DNA of 64,000 nucleotides from Lytechinus pictus. Its lineage: Eukaryota. The first letter of the stretch is position 1. Each line of letters opens with the position of its first letter. The position numbers and the translations under genes were made by a program. The stretch lies in the NCBI RefSeq assembly GCF_037042905.1, contig NC_087251.1, forward strand, positions 11,720,001 to 11,784,000, written 5' to 3'. Shown here one piece after another: positions 26,078 to 38,656 of this stretch. The notes beneath the pieces are model-generated. The model did no database searches. It had not been told where the DNA came from and saw only the letters and a program-made list of their open reading frames with translations.

Positions 26078-26736
26078 TTGTGAAAGATATGAATGAAGAG
26101 AACAATGGTAGGCGTAGCTTCAAATCAAGGTTCCCCAGAGCTATCTGCCCTTTGGAAAAATTGGTGATGCCGAAAAAATGTCTCGGCCGGGAATCGAACA
26201 ACAGCTTTGGCAATTCTTTGTATTTAGATATGTTGTGAAAGATATTAATGAAGAGAACAATATTATTCATATCTTTCACAACATATCTAAATACAAAGAG
26301 TTGCCAAAGCTGTTGTACATGTATAACGTCTCACATTTGTATAATTTGTCCCATACATGTACTTTATCTAAGCAATAGCTTTGATCCAGCTGAGACATGG
26401 CGGCTTGTCATTGTTCAATACTCACCTACACCCGACAAAGGAAAGTTAATTGCTGGTGTCGAAAATCTGTTTATCTGACGGCCAATCGGATCGGGATCGC
26501 CCTAGCCACTAACCCGTCTCTGTGATCTAGTGGTTGAGGCATTCAAAGCTGGGGGCCCGGGCTCGATTCCCGGCCGAGACATTTTTTCGGCATCACCAAT
26601 TTTTCCAAAGGGCAGATAGCTCTGGGGAACCTTGATTTGAAGCTACGCTTACCATTGTTCTCTTCATTCATATCTTTCACAACATATCTAAATACAAAGA
26701 GTGGCCAAAGCTGTTGTACATGTATAATGTCTTACA
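26078..26736. mobile_element. tRNA-containing element with terminal direct repeat and 5' inversions, inserted in (TA)n
   Basis: 26265-26330 recurs at 26666-26731 (period 401); 26078-26197 is the reverse complement of 26563-26682; 26198-26261 is a second inverted piece; (TA)n on both sides. Confidence 0.7.
26516..26581 (+). pseudogene. tRNA-derived (Glu/Asp-like) Pol III cassette lacking an anticodon arm
   Basis: Acceptor stem GTCTCTG/CCGAGAC, A-box TGATCTAGTGG, T-arm CCGGG-CTCGATT-CCCGG, followed by T6 at 26582-26587. Confidence 0.65.
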
Positions 26737-28464
26737 TATATATATATATATATACGGTAAACGACTTAACCATCCACGTATTTGTGGTAGAAAGCGTTAT
26801 GTTAAAAAAATCGTACAAAAGACGTCGAATAAAAATAGCACTTTCTACCCCCCCCCAAACAAAAAAAATTAACACCGAACTATGATACCCGACCCCCCCC
26901 CAACACACACACACACACATTAATTTAAGATATAATATCAATTGATGGCATATTGTATTAAAGCAAATTATAGAATATGAAACGGAACAATAAGAAATTA
27001 TTGCAATGAAAAAAAAAAGGAAATTATAGGCGGATGCAGCTAGGACTGAATCGGCAAACCCCTGTAGCACAAAGGAGTAAAGGGGGAAATAGATGGGGAA
27101 AAAAAGAAAAATAAACAAATAGTAATAAAAAGGGATGAGGAAAAGGAGAAGAAAAAGAAGGCAATTAGTATTTGTCATATTTTTGGCAATCTTGAGCTCA
27201 TAATTTTCTCCTTGGCATTTTTAAATATATATATTCCAAAATATGCCCAAACGCCCTTTAAATGAACAAATGGGATCTTTATAAAGACCTGATTACAACA
27301 TTGGGCATAGAATGTGAATTTGCACTCGACATGTTTATATTTTTTCTCAAAATCAATGAGCTGACCCCTTTTCACTTTTGCCAAAAATGAAACAATCTTT
27401 AATACTTGAATATATAGAAAACCGCCATGCTATGTTTTCAATTTTGAACTATATCAACGCTCGGAAATAATGACTGATAAATTAATAACATTAAGTTCAT
27501 AAACACGATCAGGTCAGTATAATAATATTTTATTTCAATCATAAAGTGGATGGGTAAGCGAGGGCTATAAAATACGCCCTCTAACATCGCGTTGCGAATA
27601 TTATCTAACAAGTAATGGAAACGCAAAACATTTTACATTTTAATAATTATTTCCTTCTTTCTTGAATTTACAATGCACACACCCATATACATTTATCAAG
27701 AAAACAGTTATAACGAAAAAATGTCTTTTTCATTATACTTTTCAATATACTTTTATGTATATCTCATTGATTAATGACTAACAATACTATTCATTTTTTT
27801 TATTACATTATTTGACATGATTTTATGTGGCATACTAACATCCGTTGTGGATTCCTGCTCGGCAAATATTTATTTTTGTACATTTATAATATAATTGGTG
27901 CTGGAATCACATTCCTATAATACGAACATGAAACGAGGGGCATGTTTTCCAGAATAGCTTACATATACATTACATCATGTAGATGATCATTGATTTACAT
28001 ACACACAAAAGCTTATAGTCACGCCCACATGGCTGTGTTCTTGTAGCATTTTATTTTATGTGTCAATGATATCCGACAGTTCATATTTTTTGCAGTCATT
28101 CACTATCTTAAAATCTTTAGCTATTTGGCAACCAACCAATTTGGTTTAAAGAATGTTGAAAAAAAAGTCATAACAGTACAGCATACCTGATAATTATGCA
28201 GCAAATAGATACTATTTGTGTAATATTAGCCTTATTAACTCTAAACGGGTCGTTCATTATGTCGTTCATATTCAAGGGAATATCCGCCGAAACTCTCCTA
28301 TCAAAATAATTAGCAATGAACTTTATAAACAGTCAATCATTATTTGAATAACACTAATATTTTACAGAATGGGAATTTTCAATTTGAAACTACATAGCTT
28401 TTATAGTTTGTAACATAAGCCAATGCCCTTACACCAAATGAACACCTTATTAGGTGTTTTGTGT

Positions 28465-28949
28465 TTATGTGAGCACTCGACCCTTCTTTGCATAGATGTT
28501 TTCTCGATGTATCTGACAAATGGCGCACATGTGGCAAAAACAGCCAACCAGACAATCTTCGCAAATGGAACCCTGCATAAAAAGGAGAAATTGAATAAAA
28601 TTGATAATAAGATTGAGAGGAGAACCAAAATTAGAAATAAAAAGAGGAGAAAGTTGTGGTTATGGAACGACCAGTGAATAAAGGAGAGAAAGAGAGAGAT
28701 GGGTGACAGGGAAAGGCTACTGACAGGTTCAATGAAAGTACACTCTTAGAAAAAGGATTCGTTCAAATAACCAAAAGTTAGTGAACATGTCTGTTCGACC
28801 AACTTTGTGTCACCAAATGGTCAAAATGAACCATTCCATTAATTCAAATTGGTAACTTTGAGCAATATGCCGATATAACGAAATGAGACAAACTGAAAGA
28901 GTTAGAGTTAGAAAGAGAGAGTGAGGGGGGTAGTAAAGAAAGGAGATGA

Positions 28950-29030
<81 letters not shown>

Positions 29031-30420
29031 GTGTGTGTGTGTGTGTGTGAAAGAGAATTACAGGAGGGAAAGACCGACAAGAATGGATATTAGAAGAAAA
29101 AATAATATACAATCTTTAAACATAATGATTGGTCAAAATTACCAATCTGTTGGTGAATATGATTTTTTTTATATGAGACAGATAAATAATTGGTCAATAT
29201 CAAGTTCTCAAACTAAATCTGGGTAGATTCTAATCAATTATAAGTAAAAAAAAATATATTGGTTAATTCTATCTATTTTTATCGGTTATTTTGGCCAATC
29301 ATTTTTAAGAGTGAGAAGATTGAGTGGGATAAAGAGAATAAGGCAATCATGTTGAAATAAGAAAAATTATTATGATGGGGTTGATTACCGTGATAAATTC
29401 ATGTTATTTCATTGAAATATATCAATCTGTTTAACATTTTCATGCATTCTGAACATACTTATAAAGATGCAACATTCAGCTTTCAATGTTTTGGATCGAG
29501 ACTGGTTAGAAGTACTATCAAATGGTGAAAGTTTCCCATCTTCCTTATCTCATTATATTTTCCCCCTTTTCTTTCATATTTTCCGTCCATCATTTCTTTA
29601 TTTTATATCACCATATCTCCCCCCTCTCTCTCTCCCTCTCTCTCCCTTTAACTCCCTCCCTATCTATCTGTGGGCATCTATCTCTGTCGTTCCCTCCACC
29701 CCTCCCCTCTCCTTCTCTCTGTGGTCTCTCAGTCTCATCATACATACCCTAATACGATTCTCAGTTCGAATCTTGGTTCGTAGTGGGATAATGTAACAGA
29801 CTGGCAGACAGATGGGTAACAGGCAATTCTCTTCAAGACGTGTTGCAACATACATGCCATAGCAACAGGTACAAAAGTATCCGCTGAGACCTATGAAGAG
29901 ATTAAACAGGGACAGAGAGAGACATAGAGAGGGAGAGGGAGAGAGATGGATAGATGGATAGAGGGATCAGGGAGGGAGAGAGGGGAGAAAGGGGGAAGGA
30001 GAGAGGGGAGAAAGGGGGAAGGAGAGAGGGGGAGGGAGAGAGGGGATGGTTAATAGGGAAGAGTTGGGTGAGAGGGTAATCATTTTTATACAACTAAAGC
30101 TTTGCAATCACAAACATACCCGACCACCAACCAACCGAAAACGTATCTATCTTTCTTCCATCCATGGACCTACTAACGGTACTCTTGCTCAGAGTAGTAT
30201 AGGTCCATGTTCAATCCAAACAATTTTGATGCTGAACACTCTCCCAAATACCAAGCCAACTTTCCATCCAACCACCCAAACAACCATCCGTTCACCTAAC
30301 CAATAATTATCCAAACCATCCAACCAAACCTCCATCCAACCACCCACCCAACCATCCAACCAACTATCCAACCACCCAACCAACTATCCAACCACCCAAC
30401 CAACCACCCAACCACCCAAC

Positions 30421-30452
<32 letters not shown>

Positions 30453-32061
30453 CACCCAACCACCCAACCACCCAACCAACCACCCAACCACCCAACCAAC
30501 CACCCAACCACCCAACCACCCAACCAACCACCCAACCACCCAACCAACCACCCACCCAGCCACCAAACCAACCATCCAACCACCCAACCAACCATCCAAC
30601 CACCCAACCAACCATCCGTCCACCCAACCAACCATCCAACCATGGACCTACTAATAGGTCCATGATCCAACCAACCATCCAACTACGCAACCAACCATCC
30701 AGCTACCCAACCAACCATCCAACTACGCAACCAACCATCCAGCTACCCAACCAACCATCCAGTTACCAAACCAACCATCCGTTCACCTAACCAAATATCC
30801 AACCATCCAAGCCCCTAACTTTCATCAAACAACCCAACCAACCAAATATTGAAATTTGATTATAATAGTACTGACAAGTGCCAACCAATACAAACTGGCA
30901 CTTCTATTAACAACCAAATCGCAAAACCAACTTCGCCCTAAACTTTGCAATATGTTAATCATACGAATAAATTGGTTTAATAATTTAACTAACTTAACAA
31001 TTATTAATAAACTATAACACAAACACAATTAAAACTTACATGAGACAATGTTGGAGCAACAGCCAAATATTCCGCTATGCCAGTCTCGTTCAACAGCATA
31101 TCGAGTCTGTTTAATTTAGAAAGAAAAATAAAACACACGATCAAGTCTTGGTATATAGGAACAATTTAGTATCTGCTATTATTTAATTTCTAGCTCGTAT
31201 TGTAAAAGGAACATCAAAATGAAAACAAAATACATTAAATCTTTAAAATTTCTGAAATGAAAACGAAGCGTTATACTATTGTTTACAGGGATAATAAAAC
31301 GTGATTAATGTAAATAACATTGTTCAATCAAGGGTCTTGATTCTTTGATCACTTAGTGAGTTGGTAAGTTTGATCATTCCTATTTTTTTTTATTCAAGGG
31401 CGATGACGAAAATATAGAGGGCCATGTTTTTCTTCTCTAAATGCACACTACTGTCACTACATTATTTTTTTTTTCATTCTCTGCGCTCACTAGAGTATGA
31501 CTTCAAAAAGAAAAGATATAGGCCTACTGAAATGACAAAATTTACAAACATGTTCTCCAATTGAGGTGATTCGACTGAAATTATGACAGGTCCATGTTGT
31601 ACTTTGTTAACAAGTTACACTTCTCTTCGAGGGCGCTTATTTATTTTCACTCACTTCGCTGACTTGAATCCATTTAGGTACAGAAACCTGAGGGAAGCAA
31701 AGAGACTCTAAATATCTCACCGGGAAATATCTTATATTTTTATATTACGCAATTCCCTTCTATCACGACCTGACGCAGAGAGTAGATAATATTAAAAGAT
31801 GTATTGTTTCAAAAGGCAAAAGAAAGCAGCCAAAAAAAAAGATAAATGTTTAACGATACAGAATGAAAAGAAAAACAAATGCAAGATGACTTACTGATGA
31901 GTAAACAATAGTTCTATTTTTGTCACAATATTTTCTCTTTTACTTCGCTCGCTCACAAAATTTTTGGAAGTAAATAATGCATTTATTGTATCCGATTTAT
32001 CCGTACTTACTGAAGATATAGTCGGCAACATCGGTTGAGTTGTAACTATCGTGGTTGTCAT
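28465..32061 (-). CDS. PLAC8/cornifelin-family Cys-rich protein, paralog A (~122 aa)
   Basis: Minus-strand exons 32011-32061, 31040-31106, 29748-29890, 28465-28572 with GT-AG and matching phases: [126 protein letters not shown]8 motifs WxxG(I/L)xxC, LRTKIR and GSICxDC..C..CQxxRE are present. A probable non-coding first exon ends at the donor near 35139. Confidence 0.9.
28741..29313. mobile_element. CACTA/EnSpm-like MITE containing a (GT)n microsatellite
   Basis: Termini CACTCTTAGAAAAA / TTTTTAAGAGTG; (GT)n at about 28952-29048. Confidence 0.55.
30250..30845. repeat. (CCAA/CCAAC)n-type microsatellite
   Basis: Long CCAACCACCCAACCAA array in an intron of PLAC8 paralog A. Confidence 0.95.
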
Positions 32062-32711
32062 GGTGACAGATGGTTGTGGTCAATGATATAATTCTAAAGA
32101 TGCAGTCCCCGATCGTCTGGCAGACTTGGAAAAAAATATATACGTTATTTTTTTTTTCTAACAGCTACCCCACACAATACCAAACTCTTAATTTATGTTA
32201 TTGTTGAATTTTAAAGATGACGCTAATCAAAATTACTTATTTTCATTGATTTACTCCTCATTTTCATGTTTTGTTTTAATTTATTTTATTCATTCAATAA
32301 CCCTATTGTTTCGTTTATCCATTTATGATTTGAATAAACTCTTTTAAAGAACGGGGTTCAACAATAATTTAGATCTTTTAGAATTTACATTTAATTCCCA
32401 AATTTTCAAGTTTGAGAATGAACCTGAATTTTGATAACAGAATGTTAATTTAGTTTTGACGTTGTTTTTGTCCATAATTGCAATTGTTACATAAAATTTC
32501 GAAGGGTGCAATTTCAATGCAAGATAGTAGTGTAAAATTCGGTTTTCCCTAAAAGTTTTATTTTTATAGATTGAAATAATTGATTGTCACCTTAATCTAC
32601 AATCAACTTATAAAAGTAAATGAACAGTATAAAGAAAACTAACAGAAGTTATAGAGAATTTATTCGTACTTTCTGTTATTTAATATATTCTAACAATCAG
32701 CTAATCTAATT

Positions 32712-34470
32712 CAATTCAATTCAATTTATTTTATTTCATTTTCAACAGAACAAAGTAATGTGGTCAAAATAGTTACAGTGAACTTATACAGACAAAATAA
32801 ATTCAGGCATGTACAGTATATGATATTTATCTATAAGTAAAAGCAAAACAAACACGACTATTATATATAAGCAAAATATCATAACCATTTTAAAATAAAA
32901 TTCTGAGAAAATTGAGGGATCCACTAAAAAGCAGTGCTTGTATTGTGTGGACCCCTCTAAATGATTATTTTAGAATTGCCTACGGTGACAGACACGAAGA
33001 TGACAAAACAGGGAACAGCAAAACAAAAAAACAAAGAACAAGAAACAAGAAAACATGGAAGCACACACAAGGGAAATGAAAATAAAAAGGGAAAAGAGAT
33101 AAAGAAAGATAATGGAGCAGGACTTCAACGCGCGGATAATAAAAAAAAAAAATAAGTTAAGGAGGTATGAAATGGTGAATTTAATGATATAATTATTTAA
33201 GATTGAGGAAATGACCTGTATGATTTCAGAAAATTAGTTTTAAGTTTCATTTTAAAAGAACAGAGGGATTGGCTTCTAATGATATCTTAACTAAGGGAGT
33301 TCCAGAATCTCGGGCCATCGTATATACATGTTTTTTTAGCTAACAGTGTTCTTCAAGTTAAAAGAGGTAAATGGAACTCATTAGACTGTCTCGTAGGGTA
33401 ATGATGAAATGAACGATTTTGAGGGAACATTGAATCAAATACGTGAGGAAGTGAATTGTTATTATATTTATACATAAATTGGCCTAAGTGAAACAGATAT
33501 AGATCATTTATTTTTAGCAGCTTGTTTTCAGCAAACAATGGGTCTGTGTGAGAAAGAAATGAAGAATGGTTAATTATACGGAGATATTTCTTTTGTAATA
33601 AAAGAAGTCTGTTTAATATAACTTGGTGGGTATTGCCCCAAACAAGAATACCGTAGTTCAAATGTGGTAAGATTAAAGAAGAATAAAGCATTAATAAGGT
33701 TCGTGGAGGAAAAATGAAATTTCAGTTTATTTATTATGCCGATGTTGCGTGAAATCACTTTACAAATATTTTTAATGTCATATTTCCACGAAAGTTTGTT
33801 ATCGACAGTTATGCCTAGGAACTTTATAAACGAAACAACTTCTAAAGGGGTATTATCAAACACAATGTTTGCGGGCAGTGTGTCTATGGAGTTACTAAAT
33901 AACATGTATTTGGTTTTATTTAGATTAAGGGATAGTTTGTTAGCTCTTATCCACTGAGTAACCTTTTCTAGCTCAGAATTTACTATATTTAGTACTGTGT
34001 TTTGATTTTTATGAAAATAGAAAAGGTTAGAATCGTCGGCAAAAAATATGAACGAAAGAATATCGGATGATTTACAAAAATCATTAATGAAAATGATAAA
34101 TAATAAAGGACCTAACAGACTACCCTGTGGGACTCCGCAATTTATATTTCGCATGTTGGATGTAAAGTCGTTTAATGTTTCGTACTGACGTCTATTGGAT
34201 AAGTAGCTCCTGAACCACTCCAAGGCCTTCCCACGCACCCCATAGTGAGCGAGTTTACGTAATAATATATTGTGATTGATTGTGTCGAAGGCCTTGGAGA
34301 AGTCCAGGAAGATACCATGTGTGAAGAGTTGTCGAAAGCATGTGCCACTTTGTCAATTATATTTAATAAGGCATGTTCAGTATTATGTTTTTTTCTAAAG
34401 CCAGACTGGTAATCGGAGAAAATATTGTGTGCTTTCAAAAAGTTAATAGTTCTACTGTAAACAACCTTTC
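32712..34470 (-). mobile_element. 5'-truncated CR1/L2-group LINE with TSD
   Basis: RT motifs YQSGFRKKHNTEHAL, CGVPQGSLLGPLLFIIFIND..FADD, KFLGITVDNKLSW, with frameshifts; (ATTGA)n tail; 11-bp TSD CTAATCTAATT at 32701-32711 and 34471-34481. Confidence 0.93.
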
Positions 34471-36164
34471 CTAATCTAATTGATTAGATCCAAATCAGCA
34501 GAAGAAAGTTTTTATTAAAAATTGCTATCAGATTATATTTTTCTTAAATCATGCATGCATTTATTCTGCTCCCAAACTAAATGAAATGTTATGAAAACCT
34601 GATGTGAATTCAATTGAAAATTGAAATAAAAACCTTGAGGTTCTATAATTTATTTTGATGCTAATAAGAAATGATTGTGTGTTAAGAATGGAGGGTCTAT
34701 CAATCAGTTATTACGAGTGGATTTCAATCGAACATGAATATTTCGACTGAAATATTGGACATATTTTTGAAATGTAAAGCTACTCTGTTATCCAAAGAGG
34801 AAGAACATTTTCTTTAAACTTTTTATCACCTATTAATAGGCCTATAGATCAAAATCAAATATACACCAAAATGGTGACACAACATTTGCTCCAGTCTTAA
34901 TATTTCAGAGGGTACAGGGTTTGAGTTGGGATTGTAATAGAGTTTTCGGTTCAGAATAATGTAAAAATTATTACTAGGGTGTCTTTAGTTTTGGAGGTGA
35001 GGTTTTATGTTTGGCTTAACGTGCAGATTTTCTATTGGAGTTGTTGTCGCCGGAGAAAATGTCATGCATGGAACCATCAAAATACACAAGATTTGAATAT
35101 ATTATCATGGAACTGATATTTAAGTAATAATGACTTACCGGTATTTTTACTGTCAGTTGTCCTCAGATCTTCCTCATAATATATACATACAGAATAACAG
35201 CTCAATCAAGTTGAAGTAGCCTGAGCAGTTGCCAGAGCAAGTGGCAATCATTTAAGAACGGCCCAAATCTGTCTCGGAATTTGTAAGTTACCCAGGTGCG
35301 CGAACCACTTCTTTAGCTATTCAAAATCATTGAATGATATTGTTCCCCTTTTAAAAAGCATGACTTGACTACATGGCCCTACACAGCAGGGGGGGGGGGG
35401 GCAGGGGTTCGATTGCCCCTAGAAATTTTGAAGAAAAAAAAAATACTGAAAATTTTCACAGAACTCTCCTAAAGTGCGCACAAAATCATCAAATTTCCCT
35501 TAGATAGTGCAAAAGCGCCACGACATTCTCTGTCGCTTCACTCTTTCTTTGAAAATCTCGATGCATCTTATACCCCCACCCCCAACAAGAAAAAAAAATC
35601 TGCTTACGGCTATGCGACAGCACATTTTGATCATCTGTCCACCGATGACCCAATTTCCGATGGTCACGGTTGGTGTGATCTTTCTTTTCTTATTGAACCA
35701 GTGTATTCGTGATCACATTCAATGCATTCCTTTTAAACAAGAGATGCAATTTACTACAATCAAGCTGTTTCAGACACATTCGACATAGCAACACTTAAAT
35801 GAGGTCGGGTCAACGGAAACGTTGATTCAAAACAGTATCGGAGATGGCGCCATGCTGGTGGTATATTGATATAGGGACAAAGGGATTAAGGGATTTAATT
35901 AAAAAGTAAAATATATATCGAGTAATATTCATTTTTCTTCTCCCCCATCAATCCAAGCCCTTAGTTTACAATGAAGTTCATCGTAAAGTCAACATAATTT
36001 TTGTAAGTAAGTGGGAAATTAAATTGCATTTATTAATAAAATTTCGGAGAAAATCTTATAATGAAAATATTCGATAAATTATTTTACAATTTTGCAACGC
36101 CACGCTCCTCCATTATACATTTGATAAAATGTCCATGGCGTAATTTCCTTCAGCAAGAAACTGA

Positions 36165-36337
36165 TCCACAGTGTGCTACACTCAACCTAGGTGAGGTAAA
36201 TGGGTACCGGTAGAAGTAATTCCTTAAAAAAAAGCTGTGTGCGCCATGAACGCCTAGCTTAGCCGGGTAATATAGGAGCGCCTTGAGCACCTAACAAGGT
36301 GGATATGTGCGCAATGTAAATACCCTATATTATATTG
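36165..36337 (+). mobile_element. 5'-truncated SINE (Deu-like central domain, L2-like tail)
   Basis: CACTCAACCTAGGTGAGGTAAATGGGTACC core, then GAGCGCCTTGAGCAC..GGATATGTGCGC..AAATA tail and TATTATATT. Confidence 0.6.
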
Positions 36338-38656
36338 CCCATGAATTTACATTTTTTTAAATATATTTTATACACAAAAAATATCTTTCTATAAAAGGAC
36401 AATTTAGAGAATTGATGGTTCGGGACATGCTTAAAACATGCTGCTCACAATGTAATCTGTTCATTTATACAGACCAATGGTATTGTTATATACCAATGTC
36501 AGACTAATTTTTTTTTCTAACAGTAGGCCTATCTTTCATGGATTTCGTACATTTGTATGTATTTTTACATCTTCTGCTAATATCACATCAAAATGAATTT
36601 GACATGAGAATGGACTTCCCATGTAAACCTTTTACATTTCGATAATGGACAATCCCGCTTTCCTTTTTATTCCCTCTCTGAAATCACAATCTGATAAAAA
36701 AAAGAAAACATTTCGAGATGTCGCAAGCTATATCCTTTAAAAATCAATTTCTAATCCAAAATCCTTACGACCAATGGTAGTAAAAAAAAAACAAAGCAAT
36801 ACAATATCATATTTATAAAAAGATTATTTTTATTACAATAAAAAACATGCACTTTTAAAATTTGCATTACATCTGATTTCGTACAAAGCATTAACATTCT
36901 AGAAAGAAAATATCAAACATTTCAAGAATTAAATGTATCGGGTGCCATTTTTGCCATTTATAGTTTGGCACATTATTATAATAAATATGACAAAAATGTC
37001 AGAAATAACGAAATTCTGTAAAAGATTGTTAGTTTTAGTGGTTGCAAAGCTTTCAAAAATGTTTAAGGCATCAGACCTAAAACTGAAAGTAAAATGGAGA
37101 TTATGTATTCCTACCTAAATTATAGAGAGTGACGTCACAGACATTCATCTTTGTGGAAATTGATTACAAATATTTAAACAAGCAACAAAGAACGACATTA
37201 GCAGAAATGAATAAATAGGGTTTACAATACAAAACAAACACACAGAAGAGACTATTTCATCTCTACTATCTAACATAGTCCTTTAAAAAACATTATATTT
37301 TAATATAATCATGTTATTATTTAACATTTTTATAAAAGCAAAAAAAAAAAAACGTATGTACAAATCATCGGTATGGCTTAATATCTCTTTATTCTTTAAA
37401 TCGTAATTATGATTACCTGGTCAATCCAAAATCATATATTTTTAAACCATCATTTATACAGACTGTTAAAATCTGGTTTCACTCCCCCCCCCCCCCCCCA
37501 TAAAAAAATGAAGATTTTCTAAAGGAAGATATTGTACAAGACTTGCTTTTTACGAAAGAAACATAATCGAGCAAAAATTAACAGTCGAAGGTCTCAGTTG
37601 AATAATTAATTGACCACCAAGGTGTTTTGTAATATAGCAATGTAACTGAGAATTTATCGACAAAGAAGATAACAGATGAGGAAGCTCTGGCCCAAACCAT
37701 CCCCATTATAGGCATCACCCCTGTTTGAGAGTCTTTCCCAATGGCATGCGCACAGTCACACCAATGAAACCGAACCGACCAGTGGGTTGTCATTTGAAAT
37801 CATTTAATAGTTTTGATCGATCTGAAGTCGTTTGTTTGATGTGACTGCAACATTTATGTAACTAGATATGTCTAGACGGAGCTCATGATCATGACAAGCA
37901 AATCATGTGACTATGTTCTCACCATCTGAAACGTATGTGTTCCCTTAGACCATAATCATACTTCACTATACTCGATAGTCGCATGAACATTTTTTAAGCT
38001 TCGAACAATGACGTTAGAAATACAAATAGCTATAAAGTTCTCACTGTCACGATTTGCGCCATGCACGATTCAAACGGCGGTCTTAATCGTGGAGTTAATC
38101 GTAGTGATATTATCAGATCAGTCGTGGCAATCGTATTGATCATAGAAAATTTGAATGGTTCAGATATTTCCGCCATCGATTAAAGAGGCCACTCGTGGCT
38201 TTGGTAAAGGATTGCGCGACAATGTGAACGAGGTATGCTTTTAATAGTGGATGTCATGTATAATCATGGAGTTGATAGCTCCATATATAATGAAGCAAAG
38301 ACAATAATGTGATCACTCTGGTGTTTTCTCAGATGTTAGACAAATACATCCTAATGACGTCTATAAATCATACAATATATTCATGATCCAAAACCTTGAG
38401 AAAAATCATATCATTTTCTTTTTTTTTCGGTGATGGGTCTATTTATTTGTGGATGAAAAGAAAACTGAAATTTGCATTCATTAACATCAATATTTACAAT
38501 GTCGACTATGAATAAATGCCTTGAAACCTTCTTCTTCCGATATAAATCTCATATCTAAAAAATTATTACAGATAAGAGACAGTGATTAACACTTGACAAA
38601 TTACGAAAATGTTCTCGATATAAAATCTACAAAATATTCAGCATTAGTTGACAATT

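Noticed and set aside
26516..26581. Functional tRNA gene
   Set aside because: The anticodon arm is missing and it sits inside a repeat element; recorded as a tRNA-derived cassette instead.
28810..29112. (HT)n ORFs
   Set aside because: These are translations of the (GT)n dinucleotide repeat.
30189..30690. W/G/V/L-rich ORFs
   Set aside because: These are translations of the CCAA microsatellite inside an intron.
32054..32067. X-box-like GTTGTCATGGTGAC
   Set aside because: It overlaps the ATG and Kozak context of PLAC8 paralog A and is explained by coding sequence.
33353..34438. Active reverse transcriptase gene
   Set aside because: It is 5'-truncated, frameshifted and lacks an endonuclease domain, so it is a dead LINE copy.
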